Shown here in pieces: positions 48,894-57,757 of a stretch of DNA of 64,000 nt (position 1 is the first letter of the stretch; the number at the start of each line of letters is the position of its first letter). The notes below the pieces were generated by a model, which was given only the letters and a program-made list of their open reading frames with translations, was not told the origin of the DNA and ran no database searches. Position numbers and translations under genes: made by a program. The DNA lies in contig JBMOPW010000035.1 of the NCBI GenBank assembly GCA_049322915.1, forward strand, positions 128,001 to 192,000. The letters run 5' to 3'. This DNA is from Candidatus Zhuqueibacterota bacterium. GTDB lineage: Bacteria; Zhuqueibacterota; Zhuqueibacteria; Thermofontimicrobiales; Thermofontimicrobiaceae.

Positions 48894-50096
48894 TTAATCG
48901 CTGGCCATGATGAACAAGGGCTTGGATTCAAAGCTCTTGTAATATGGGCGCAGCCGATCGGTGCTGTAGTATTTCTCCACGTCCACGACTTTTTTATAGC
49001 TGGTCACCACTTCGATGGGCGCGTTATCATAACGACCATTGTTCAAAATGGTGAGTCGGCCGGAGACACCTTCCATAATTAAATCCAGCGCCAAATTGCC
49101 ATAGGCCATGGGGACGATGGAATCAATCGCGTCCGGATCGCCGCAGCGGACCAGATAGCCCAACCGCTGGTTGATCACGTTGATGCGCGTGCCTTTGTTG
49201 AATTTAGCAGTCAGATCTTTCAATTGGTCCGAAATCAAGTCGCCGATGCCGCCCAATTTTTTGTGCCCATACGCGTCAGTTTCCTGACCCTGAAATACCA
49301 TGTCGCCGCCTTCGAACATGGCGCCTTCGGATACCAGCACCACAGAATAATGGCTGGGATTGGTGAAGCGGTCTTCGACCAGCAACTCTGTCAATCGTTC
49401 CATGCTGAATTTGAATTCCGGGATGACGCAACGATTCGCCGCGCCGGCCATCGTCGGCAGCAAAGCTGTGAACCCGGCGTAACGGCCAAAGACTTCAATG
49501 ACCAGAATTCGCTCGTGAGAACCAGCCGAAGTTCTGAGACTGTGGGTCATCTCGATTGTCCGCGTCACGCACGTGCTGAAGCCGATGCAGTAATCGGTGC
49601 CGGCTACGTCATTGTCCATCGTCTTGGGAATGGCGATCACTTTCACGCCTTCCTTATGGAGCCTCGCGCCGTAGCTCAACGTATCGTCGCCGCCAATGGG
49701 AATGAGATAATCAATGCCCAGGAAGCCCAGATTTTTCAACACTTCCGGGGTTAAATCATTGGTATCATTGTTGTATTTGCTGCGCAGGAATTCCGGGACC
49801 CGCGATTTGGGCACCGCGCTCGGCCGCGTTCTGGATGTGTGCAAAAAAGTCCCGCCGGTTCGGCCAACTTTGTTGACGATTTCCTCGGTCAGGTGAATGA
49901 AATTCTCTTTATTATCAGCGTCTTTTTCAGGGACGATTTCAACCATGCCTGCCCAACCACGACGGATACCAATGACCTCATACCCTTCGCGAATGGCGCG
50001 AATGGTGACAGCACGGATGGCTGGGTTCAACCCGGGAACATCACCACCGCCGGTTAATATGGCAATTCTTCCTTTTTTCACATTGATGTTAGCCAT
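48894..50096 (-). CDS. PfkA-family 6-phosphofructokinase, probably PPi-dependent
   Basis: TGGGDVPGLN, GGTFLHTSR, IGGDDT, PKTMDND, EVFGR, LGYLVRCG. Confidence 0.92.
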   Translation of the reverse strand: MANINVKKGRIAILTGGGDVPGLNPAIRAVTIRAIREGYEVIGIRRGWAGMVEIVPEKDADNKENFIHLTEEIVNKVGRTGGTFLHTSRTRPSAVPKSRVPEFLRSKYNNDTNDLTPEVLKNLGFLGIDYLIPIGGDDTLSYGARLHKEGVKVIAIPKTMDNDVAGTDYCIGFSTCVTRTIEMTHSLRTSAGSHERILVIEVFGRYAGFTALLPTMAGAANRCVIPEFKFSMERLTELLVEDRFTNPSHYSVVLVSEGAMFEGGDMVFQGQETDAYGHKKLGGIGDLISDQLKDLTAKFNKGTRINVINQRLGYLVRCGDPDAIDSIVPMAYGNLALDLIMEGVSGRLTILNNGRYDNAPIEVVTSYKKVVDVEKYYSTDRLRPYYKSFESKPLFIMASD

Positions 50097-50227
50097 GTTG
50101 ATTACTCCATTTAAATGATTCGTTGTTTATTTCGGTATCGAAAACGGTTAAATTTCCCTTCCTGGTTCGCACAGCCTCTGGGCTGTCTTTCACGCCCGGG
50201 GGTATGAGAATAATTTTTTAAAGCGCA

Positions 50228-50256
50228 AATATAACTTATTTAAAAGATATAGTCAA
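50228..50256 (-). promoter_or_regulatory. Sigma70-like promoter of pfk
   Basis: TTGACT-17 nt-TATATT on the minus strand. Confidence 0.6.
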
Positions 50257-50551
50257 TATTTTTTTCCACTTTCCCATCCTAAATTCTAAATGTTACTTAA
50301 AATTATCATTCACTCGACACGCCTGCATTTCATCCCAATTATTGCTGCGCGTTAAAACGGAAGCGCGGTCACACAGCAGGATATTCGGCCATTCATACTA
50401 TGTCCGGCAACAATCGGCCCCCGGCTCCCCAGATTTTTTTAAATTACAAAAATGAATACTCTTGATTTTTCAGGGTTATATATGTATATTGTCCATCAGT
50501 TGACGGATGTAATCGCCTGTACTAAAACCGACTTTCAGAAAGGAGCTTCGC

Positions 50552-53500
50552 ATGAGGCGTGGTTTGTTGATTCTGTTCATTATTGTTTCTACTCTCTCCT
50601 GTTTCTCCCTGCTTTTTGCCAATGAAAAACTGATCGGCGCCCGATTTCCGGCAATCTCCCCGGAGGGCGACGTCATCGCCTTTTCCTACATGGGCGATTT
50701 ATGGACGGTCCCGGTCACCGGCGGCAAAGCCACCCAAATCACCAACCATTCAGCCTACGAACGGGAACCCATCTGGTCCCCGGATGGAAAATGGATCGCG
50801 TTCACCTCGGATCGAATGGGGAATAATGATGTTTATCTGATGAGCGCGGCTGGCGGCACAGCCAGGCAACTGACATTTCACAGCGGGAACGATGTGGCCA
50901 CGGACTTCTCCCCGGACGGGAAATGGGTCATTTTCTCCTCGGATCGCACCTCGATGATCAGCATTTTCAAAATAAGCCTTGCCGGCGGGAATGCCCTCCC
51001 CATGCTGGACACCTATTGGAGCTGGCCCCACAAGGCGAAAATGCATCCGAATGGAAAGACAATTCTTTTCTCACTGGGCATGGAAAATGGTTCCTGGTGG
51101 CGACGCGGATATCGCGGCAGCAACAGCGCCAAAATCTGGAAGTTCATCCCGGGCACTCGTGACGCGCAATTGGTTGTGTCCGAAAAAAGTAATTGCTTCT
51201 GGCCAAATTGGGGGCCGGACGGCAAGACCATCTATTTCGTCACTGATAAAAATCATAACACTAAAAATATCTGGACTGCTTCCGAGGCCGGCGCCGGGAT
51301 GAAACCGGTGACTGAATTCAAGGGCAACGATGTGAAATGGCTATCCGTGGCCAAAAAAGCCCCGGTCGCGGTCTATGAGCGGGACTTCAGCATCTGGCAC
51401 ACTGACCTGGTCACGGGCAAATCCCGCGTCATTCCCATAGACGCTCCGGCAGAGACCAAAGACAATGCCAGCTTCTTCGCTGAAAATGATGCGGTATCCG
51501 AATTCCAGCTTTCACCGGACGGGAAAAAAATTGCGGCCGTGGTTCGCGGCGATATTTTCGTGCTCGGCCATGAAGGCGGCTATGCCCGCAACGTGACCGA
51601 ATCGCCCTGGCGGGAAAAAGATGTCATCTGGGACAAGGACAGCAAAAACCTCATTTATGTCTGCGATGCGAATGCCAATCCGGACTTGTACTCTATCTCC
51701 GCGCTGGGCGGGCGCAAGCCAACTCAGTTGACCCACAGCGACCTGGATGAACTCGCACCCAAACTTTCACCAGATGGCAATTGGATTGCCTATTATTGCG
51801 GCAAACGCCAAATTCGCCTCATTCAGCCGGATGGGAAAAAAGATCAACTGGTCCTCGAAGGTGATTTCGGCGGTCGCTTTGCTTCGGATTTCTCATGGTC
51901 GCCGGACAGCCGCTTTCTGGCCATCGTTGACCAGAGCCAGGCCAATGACGATATTCTGGCTGTCAATATCGAGACCAAAGAAAAACATCCGCTCACGAAT
52001 ACCGCTTACGACGAATCGTCTCCGGCCTGGTCGCCGAATGGCAAATTTCTGTTATTCACTTCCAATCGCTACGGCCACAGTTTTCCGGAATTCACCGGCA
52101 AATCGGACGTGTACCAGGTTTATTTCGAGCCGCAAAAACCGGAATTCGATGAAGACACGTTCGAGAAGCTCTTCGTGAAGAAAGCGGAAGAGAAAAAGGA
52201 TGAAGCCGATAAAAAAGATGCAAAGAAGCCGGATGAAAAGAAGGAAGCGCTGAAGATCGTTTTCAAACTGGAAGACCTGGACATTCAGACAGAGAATGTC
52301 ACGAACACGCTGGGCAACGATCACACCTTCATCCTTTCGCCCAAGGATACCAGCACTGTCTACTTCGTCTCCAATATCGACGGCAAAAACCATCTCTGGC
52401 AGACCAGTTTGAAGAAGAAGGAACGCGGAAAATTCGAACCGTTCATGGCCGGTGTGACCAATCCCGGTAATTTGCAATTCGACAAAAAAGGCGCACGGCT
52501 CTACTACCAAAGTCAGGGAAAAATCGGCTACATTGAGGGGACCCAAAATTCCAGCGTCTCGTTCACGACCAAAATCAAAGTCGACAAAACCGCGGACTAC
52601 GAGCAAATGCTGGCCGAGTTGTATTACACCCTGCAACATTATTATTACGATACCAATCACCACAACGTGAACTGGACGGAATTGTACGAACAGTTCCGGC
52701 CTGTGCTGCAACAGGTTCGCGAGGATGCAGATTTTTATGACTACGCCAATGAGATGATCGGATTTTTGAATTCCTCTCACACCGGCATCCGCGGGCCGGG
52801 TCGGGGCAAAATCGAGGAACCCAGCGCGCACATCGGTGCGGATTGGGATTTCGCTGAGGACAAAATCACTTTTCAACGCATTCTGAAAAACGGCCCGATC
52901 TACAGCCATCGGGATAGCGTGGCAGTCGGCGACGAACTGACTGCCATCAATGGCGAGCCCGTCTCGCCCGATAAAAATATCTGGCAGCGCTTGAACGGAA
53001 ACAACGGCAAGCGCGTCAGGCTCACAGTGAATAGCCGGAAATTAGACAAAGCCATCGAGATTGCCATTGAACCGATTTCTGCCTGGGAAGAGCGGGACCT
53101 TCGCCAGGAGGAGTGGGTGAAAAGCCGGCAGGCGATTGTCAAACAGAAGACCAGCGATGAAGTCGCCTACATCCACATGAGCGCCATGGGCTACGGCGAT
53201 CTAGAGCGGTTTTTGATGGAGTTGGAGCGAGATGCGGTTCCGCGAAAAGGCCTCATTTTGGATCTGCGCTACAATTTTGGCGGCAATGTCCACGACCGCG
53301 TCTTGCAGGCGCTCACCAAACCGGTGTACGCCAAATGGCGGATTCGCGGTCTGTCGGAAACGCCCCAATCCACGTTTGGATTCGAACATCGGCCGGCCGT
53401 GCTACTCACCAATGAAGTGACGTTGAGCGATGGCGAAATGACCGCCAACGGTTTCAAAACATTGCAGCGAGGCCCCATCGTTGGCAACACAACATACGGC

Positions 53501-53713
53501 TGGTTGATTTTCACGACCAGCGCGGGATTGATGAATGGCGGTTATTTCCGATTGCCCTTCTGGGGATGCTACACCCTGGATGGCGTTGATCTGGAGACTG
53601 GCGGCGGCGTCACGCCGGATATTCTGGTCATCAACGATCTGAAGGATGATCTCAACGACCGGGACCCGCAATTGGACCGGGCCATCGGGAAAATGATGGA
53701 ACTGGTGAAATAG
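50552..53713 (+). CDS. Tricorn-like S41 peptidase with PD40 beta-propellers and PDZ
   Basis: Signal peptide; repeated WSPDGK; NSSHTG; DLRYNFGG; TLSDGE; G.TPDI...DPQLDRAI. Confidence 0.92.
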   Translation: MRRGLLILFIIVSTLSCFSLLFANEKLIGARFPAISPEGDVIAFSYMGDLWTVPVTGGKATQITNHSAYEREPIWSPDGKWIAFTSDRMGNNDVYLMSAAGGTARQLTFHSGNDVATDFSPDGKWVIFSSDRTSMISIFKISLAGGNALPMLDTYWSWPHKAKMHPNGKTILFSLGMENGSWWRRGYRGSNSAKIWKFIPGTRDAQLVVSEKSNCFWPNWGPDGKTIYFVTDKNHNTKNIWTASEAGAGMKPVTEFKGNDVKWLSVAKKAPVAVYERDFSIWHTDLVTGKSRVIPIDAPAETKDNASFFAENDAVSEFQLSPDGKKIAAVVRGDIFVLGHEGGYARNVTESPWREKDVIWDKDSKNLIYVCDANANPDLYSISALGGRKPTQLTHSDLDELAPKLSPDGNWIAYYCGKRQIRLIQPDGKKDQLVLEGDFGGRFASDFSWSPDSRFLAIVDQSQANDDILAVNIETKEKHPLTNTAYDESSPAWSPNGKFLLFTSNRYGHSFPEFTGKSDVYQVYFEPQKPEFDEDTFEKLFVKKAEEKKDEADKKDAKKPDEKKEALKIVFKLEDLDIQTENVTNTLGNDHTFILSPKDTSTVYFVSNIDGKNHLWQTSLKKKERGKFEPFMAGVTNPGNLQFDKKGARLYYQSQGKIGYIEGTQNSSVSFTTKIKVDKTADYEQMLAELYYTLQHYYYDTNHHNVNWTELYEQFRPVLQQVREDADFYDYANEMIGFLNSSHTGIRGPGRGKIEEPSAHIGADWDFAEDKITFQRILKNGPIYSHRDSVAVGDELTAINGEPVSPDKNIWQRLNGNNGKRVRLTVNSRKLDKAIEIAIEPISAWEERDLRQEEWVKSRQAIVKQKTSDEVAYIHMSAMGYGDLERFLMELERDAVPRKGLILDLRYNFGGNVHDRVLQALTKPVYAKWRIRGLSETPQSTFGFEHRPAVLLTNEVTLSDGEMTANGFKTLQRGPIVGNTTYGWLIFTTSAGLMNGGYFRLPFWGCYTLDGVDLETGGGVTPDILVINDLKDDLNDRDPQLDRAIGKMMELVK

Positions 53714-53815
53714 CTGATATTCGCTTCGATTGCCGGCGCGGACAGTCCGGTTGACCGTCGCGCCTGTTCTCTTTTTCATGCCGAAGCGACCACATTTCGA
53801 ACTGAGGAGGGAAAT

Positions 53816-54703
53816 TTGTCCGTAGAAAAACAGCCCATATCACCTGAGCTGGTCAATCAATTGATCATCTATCAAAAGGCAGAAATTACAGCGCATCATA
53901 TTTACGCCAGGCTCGCTAACCGAACCCGGGACACTCAGAATCGCAAGCTGCTGAAATCCATTGCCAGCGATGAGTTGAAACATTACCGCATTCTGAAAAA
54001 TCACACAGGGAAAGACGTCGGGCCGGACCGGGCGAAAATCTTCCTGTTCGTCTGGCTCTCGCGTTTGCTTGGACTTACCTTTGGGCTGAAGCTGCTGGAA
54101 AAAGCCGAGGAGCAGGATCAGATGAATTACCTGGGAGTCGAGCACCTGTTCCATGAAATGAAGCAGGTGCTCTTGGACGAGGAATCCCACGAACTGGAAT
54201 TGCTCAATCTGATCAACGAGGAAAGCCTGTCCTATGTCGGGTCCATCGTGCTGGGCCTCAACGACGCGCTGGTGGAACTGACCGGCACCCTGGCCGGACT
54301 GACCTTTGCCTTTCAAAACACCCGGCTCATCGCGCTTTCGGGCCTCATCACCGGCATTGCCGCCTCGCTATCCATGGCTGTTTCCGATTATCTCTCCAAG
54401 CGGGCCGAGGGCGGCGAGAAGAACGCGCTGAAGTCAGCCATCTACACCGGAATCGCCTACATCATCACCGTGGCGCTGCTGATTTCGCCGTACCTGTTCA
54501 CTCAGAATTATTTTATCTGCCTGATCATTGTGCTGAGTATCGCCGTGCTCATCATCCTGGCGTTCAACTTTTATCTCTCTGTGGCAAAAGACTATCCCTT
54601 CGCCAGACGCTTCTGGGAGATGGTCGCACTGAGTCTGGGCGTTGCTGCGATTTCGTTCGGGATTGGCTACCTGCTGCGCGTCACCGTGGGAATTGATATC
54701 TGA
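53816..54703 (+). CDS. Ferritin-like/rubrerythrin domain + VIT1/CCC1 metal transporter
   Basis: GAGGAGG RBS with TTG start; ExxH motifs (DELKH, DEESH); VLGLNDALVE, ASLSMA.S.YLS; about 5 TM. Confidence 0.9.
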   Translation: MSVEKQPISPELVNQLIIYQKAEITAHHIYARLANRTRDTQNRKLLKSIASDELKHYRILKNHTGKDVGPDRAKIFLFVWLSRLLGLTFGLKLLEKAEEQDQMNYLGVEHLFHEMKQVLLDEESHELELLNLINEESLSYVGSIVLGLNDALVELTGTLAGLTFAFQNTRLIALSGLITGIAASLSMAVSDYLSKRAEGGEKNALKSAIYTGIAYIITVALLISPYLFTQNYFICLIIVLSIAVLIILAFNFYLSVAKDYPFARRFWEMVALSLGVAAISFGIGYLLRVTVGIDI

Positions 54704-54727
54704 GACGCGTGCGCGTAGCTGTGCAAT

Positions 54728-55034
54728 GGTTCCGGGTTCAGCGTTCCCGGTTGGGGTTTTGGATCTGGTTGCGCGAAACATTTTTTATACTCAAATAGTC
54801 CATCATCAACTGTACGTTATCGTTAACCTTGAACCCTGAACGATGAACCTGTGAACGGTTGCGTGTACGCCGACCTTTCCAATTTAGTAACAATTGAAAA
54901 ATGAAGTGAGTATTCAGCCACAAAGCTTTAACTGCTCAGGTTCTGGGTTTAAAGGTTCCTGGTTCAGGGTTAAAAAGAATATTCAAAATATAAATAACGA
55001 GAGGATTCTAACCTTGAACTTGGAACTCTGAACC
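54728..55034. repeat. Two cassettes of inverted heptamer arrays (GGTTCNG ... AACCNTG)
   Basis: 54728-54758 with 54825-54858, and 54939-54971 with 55010-55034. Confidence 0.7.
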
Positions 55035-55190
55035 AGCTAACCGGAGTCGTTACACATTGGTTGAAAAAAATTTATTGAATATCGCATTATAAGATTGAGT
55101 GAGAACATGGACGTCTTCAGTAACTTCGTAACCTGGTACCCTTGCGGCAATAATACATACCTCAACAGTAAAAAGTAAGTGAGGAGTCGA

Positions 55191-56174
55191 ATGAAACCTG
55201 TCAAACTGGGAATCATTGGCTGCGGCATTGCGGCCAGGGAGTTGCATTGGCCGGCGCTGCAAAAGCTGAAGGACACGTTTGAAATCACCGCAGTCTGTAA
55301 TCACACCGAGGCCAAGGCGAAAAGCTTTTCCGAACTGGTTGGCGGAGCGCCTTACGTACTGGATTATCGCGCCATGCTGCAAAACCCCGACGTGGAAGCC
55401 GTCGATATCATCCTGCCCATTCATCTGAATTTTGAGGTGACGCGCGCAGCGCTGGACGCCGGCAAACATGTGCTCGTTGAGAAACCACTGGCCGCGCAAC
55501 TGGCTCAGGCTAAAAAAATGGTCGCCGATGAAAAAAATTACCCTCAGGTTAAAATGGTGGCGGAGAATTTCCGCTATCGATCCACATTCTTCAGGGTGAA
55601 AGAAATGCTGGCCAGCGGCGCCATTGGCAACCCATATTTCGTCTTCTGGAATGTCTGCTTCAAAGTCGACGAGCGGAACAAATACACCCACACTGCCTGG
55701 CGCATTCACCATCAGTATCCCGGCGGCTTTCTCACCGACGGCGGCGTGCACAACATCGCAGCCCTGCGATTCTGGTTCGGCGACATTATCTCCGGCCACG
55801 CCGTGACCAGAAGCGTCAACCGCGCCATCGGCGAGTTGGACACGATGAGCCTGCAATTCCGAACCCAATCGAATATGACCGGCGTGCTCAACCTTTTCTT
55901 CAGCGCGAACGGGCATTTTGAAAATCGGATCATCATTCTGGGCGCTTCCGGCAGCCTCATCATTGAGTCCAATACAATCAGGCTCAAACGCACCGGCGCC
56001 AACGATCTGGTTGAGACCATCGCCGATGACGGAGGCTACATGGCCGAATTCGAGGATTTCTATGCAGCCATCAGGACCGGCCGCCTGCCGCTCAGCACAT
56101 TTTCCGAAGCGTATCGCGATCTGGAAATTATATTGACAGCGCTGGAATCATCGGCGCAGGACAGGAAATTTTAA
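55191..56174 (+). CDS. Gfo/Idh/MocA family oxidoreductase
   Basis: LGIIGCG, AGKHVLVEKP, GGFLTDGGVH; GAGGAG RBS. Confidence 0.92.
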   Translation: MKPVKLGIIGCGIAARELHWPALQKLKDTFEITAVCNHTEAKAKSFSELVGGAPYVLDYRAMLQNPDVEAVDIILPIHLNFEVTRAALDAGKHVLVEKPLAAQLAQAKKMVADEKNYPQVKMVAENFRYRSTFFRVKEMLASGAIGNPYFVFWNVCFKVDERNKYTHTAWRIHHQYPGGFLTDGGVHNIAALRFWFGDIISGHAVTRSVNRAIGELDTMSLQFRTQSNMTGVLNLFFSANGHFENRIIILGASGSLIIESNTIRLKRTGANDLVETIADDGGYMAEFEDFYAAIRTGRLPLSTFSEAYRDLEIILTALESSAQDRKF

Positions 56175-56231
56175 TTCTAACGAATGTGCCCCGCCGGGCT
56201 CGGGACCCTCACTTTTCAGGAAAGGACAATT

Positions 56232-56507
56232 ATGGAAAAAATAAAAATCGAACATCATCCTGATGCAAAACAACTTGAAGAAATGGGAGTGTTTCAATGG
56301 CCGATCTGGGAGAAAGAAGCGTCGGAATTTCCCTGGTTTTATGACGAACCGGAAGTGTGCTATTTTTTAGACGGGGATGTCACGGTGACGCCGGTCGACG
56401 GCGCACCGGTAACATTTGGAAAAGGCGATCTTGTCAGATTCCCGCGGGGACTTTCCTGCACCTGGAAAATCAGGAAAGACGTGAGGAAGCATTATCAATT
56501 TGGTTAG
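56232..56507 (+). CDS. Small cupin (DUF861/Cupin_3)
   Basis: WPIWEKEASEFPWFYDEPEVCYFLDG...GKGDLV.FP.GL.CTW...VRKHY. Confidence 0.88.
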   Translation: MEKIKIEHHPDAKQLEEMGVFQWPIWEKEASEFPWFYDEPEVCYFLDGDVTVTPVDGAPVTFGKGDLVRFPRGLSCTWKIRKDVRKHYQFG

Positions 56508-56678
56508 CAGCGCTTGTTCAAAACGCGCTGCTGATTCGTCGCGCTTTTCAAGCAGCGTTGCGAGCCAAACCGACTTTGGAGCAACGACACATCGCCATTG
56601 TTCCTTGAACGCGGACTCTCTTCGAAAACACACATACATCCGCTCCGATCATGCTATTTCATCGCGAAAGGAAATTTC

Positions 56679-57311
56679 ATGTCTCAGAAACTCTGCCCCA
56701 AAATTATCATTGAAGGCACCCGACTCACATTCAAAACAGAGATAGCGTTTGCCCTGAACGAGCATCCCCGAATCGTCGGGCCGCGCAAATATCGCTACCA
56801 CTCCCCCCTTGTTTCGGCGGAGTGGTGCGCATTCACCAATTTTCCCTGGGGCCGCGGACTCATTAACTTTGAACCGCACGAAGAAGCGAAGGCCATGGAA
56901 ACCTATGCCACCTGGATTCGCCTGTTCGAACTGCTGAAATACTACTCGTGGATCGTGGATCGCTTCCATATTTCCACGCGTATGTACCAACTGCAGGCCC
57001 ACGGTAAAAACTATGACTTCACCTGGCTGGAGCAGCGACTCCACGCTCTGGGCTTTGTCCTCATCTTTTGCACCCGCACCCCGGAATCATTTCATCAGGC
57101 CCGCGCCGAACGACTCAAAGTCTCTGGCAAGCCGTCCCAATACGACGATCTGAACATCTTCATCGAAGAGCAGAAATTACTGCGCCAGTTGGTGAGCCAG
57201 ACCATCCTGCCGTGCTTCGAACTGGATATTTCGGACAATAGCGTGCCCGACGCCGTTGACCGCATTGCCGAATGGATGGAACAAACCGGCGCTCTTTACG
57301 CGCGGGACTGA
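56679..57311 (+). CDS. Hypothetical protein with nucleoside/nucleotide-kinase-like fold and degenerate P-loop
   Basis: IIIEGTRLTFKTEIA, WIVDRFHIS, LIFCTR, ELDIS pattern parallels dTMP/dN kinases; AAAGGA RBS. Confidence 0.6.
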   Translation: MSQKLCPKIIIEGTRLTFKTEIAFALNEHPRIVGPRKYRYHSPLVSAEWCAFTNFPWGRGLINFEPHEEAKAMETYATWIRLFELLKYYSWIVDRFHISTRMYQLQAHGKNYDFTWLEQRLHALGFVLIFCTRTPESFHQARAERLKVSGKPSQYDDLNIFIEEQKLLRQLVSQTILPCFELDISDNSVPDAVDRIAEWMEQTGALYARD

Positions 57312-57757
57312 AATGTCAGGGTTTGTTAAATTTATCCTTGCATAAACCAGTTTTTTTTCCGATATTAAGCCTCAAATCTCAGTCCGCTCGTTTGAAAAGA
57401 GAACAGTTGAATAGCCATGGATTCCGAACTCGGGACGAACTGGCTACACGCTGGCCAACATAATGCTCAGTCCAAAAGCGCTAGCCGGCACTGGTATTCA
57501 TTCGATTCGCGCAACAGAGAGCATTCGCGGTCTGTGCCTGCCCTGCCATTTTTCAGTAACATCGTGCATCTGTTGAAATGAAATGCCGGGACAGCGCCAA
57601 ATTTGGCGTGAGCACGTCAGACAGAAACGCCACGGATTGGTCAGCCCGACTGGCTCACGGATCCGACTTTCCAAAAGCGTTGCTGAACGGTTCCCAGACC
57701 AGTCACAAAATCAATACCCTTTGTTGATAGTGACATTCACAAAACAAGGAGGGAGCG

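Noticed and set aside
57338..57757. Long GC-rich leader before the GH3 gene as ncRNA or riboswitch
   Set aside because: A weak promoter candidate exists, but I could not identify a known RNA motif or convincing extended structure; an Rfam scan is needed.
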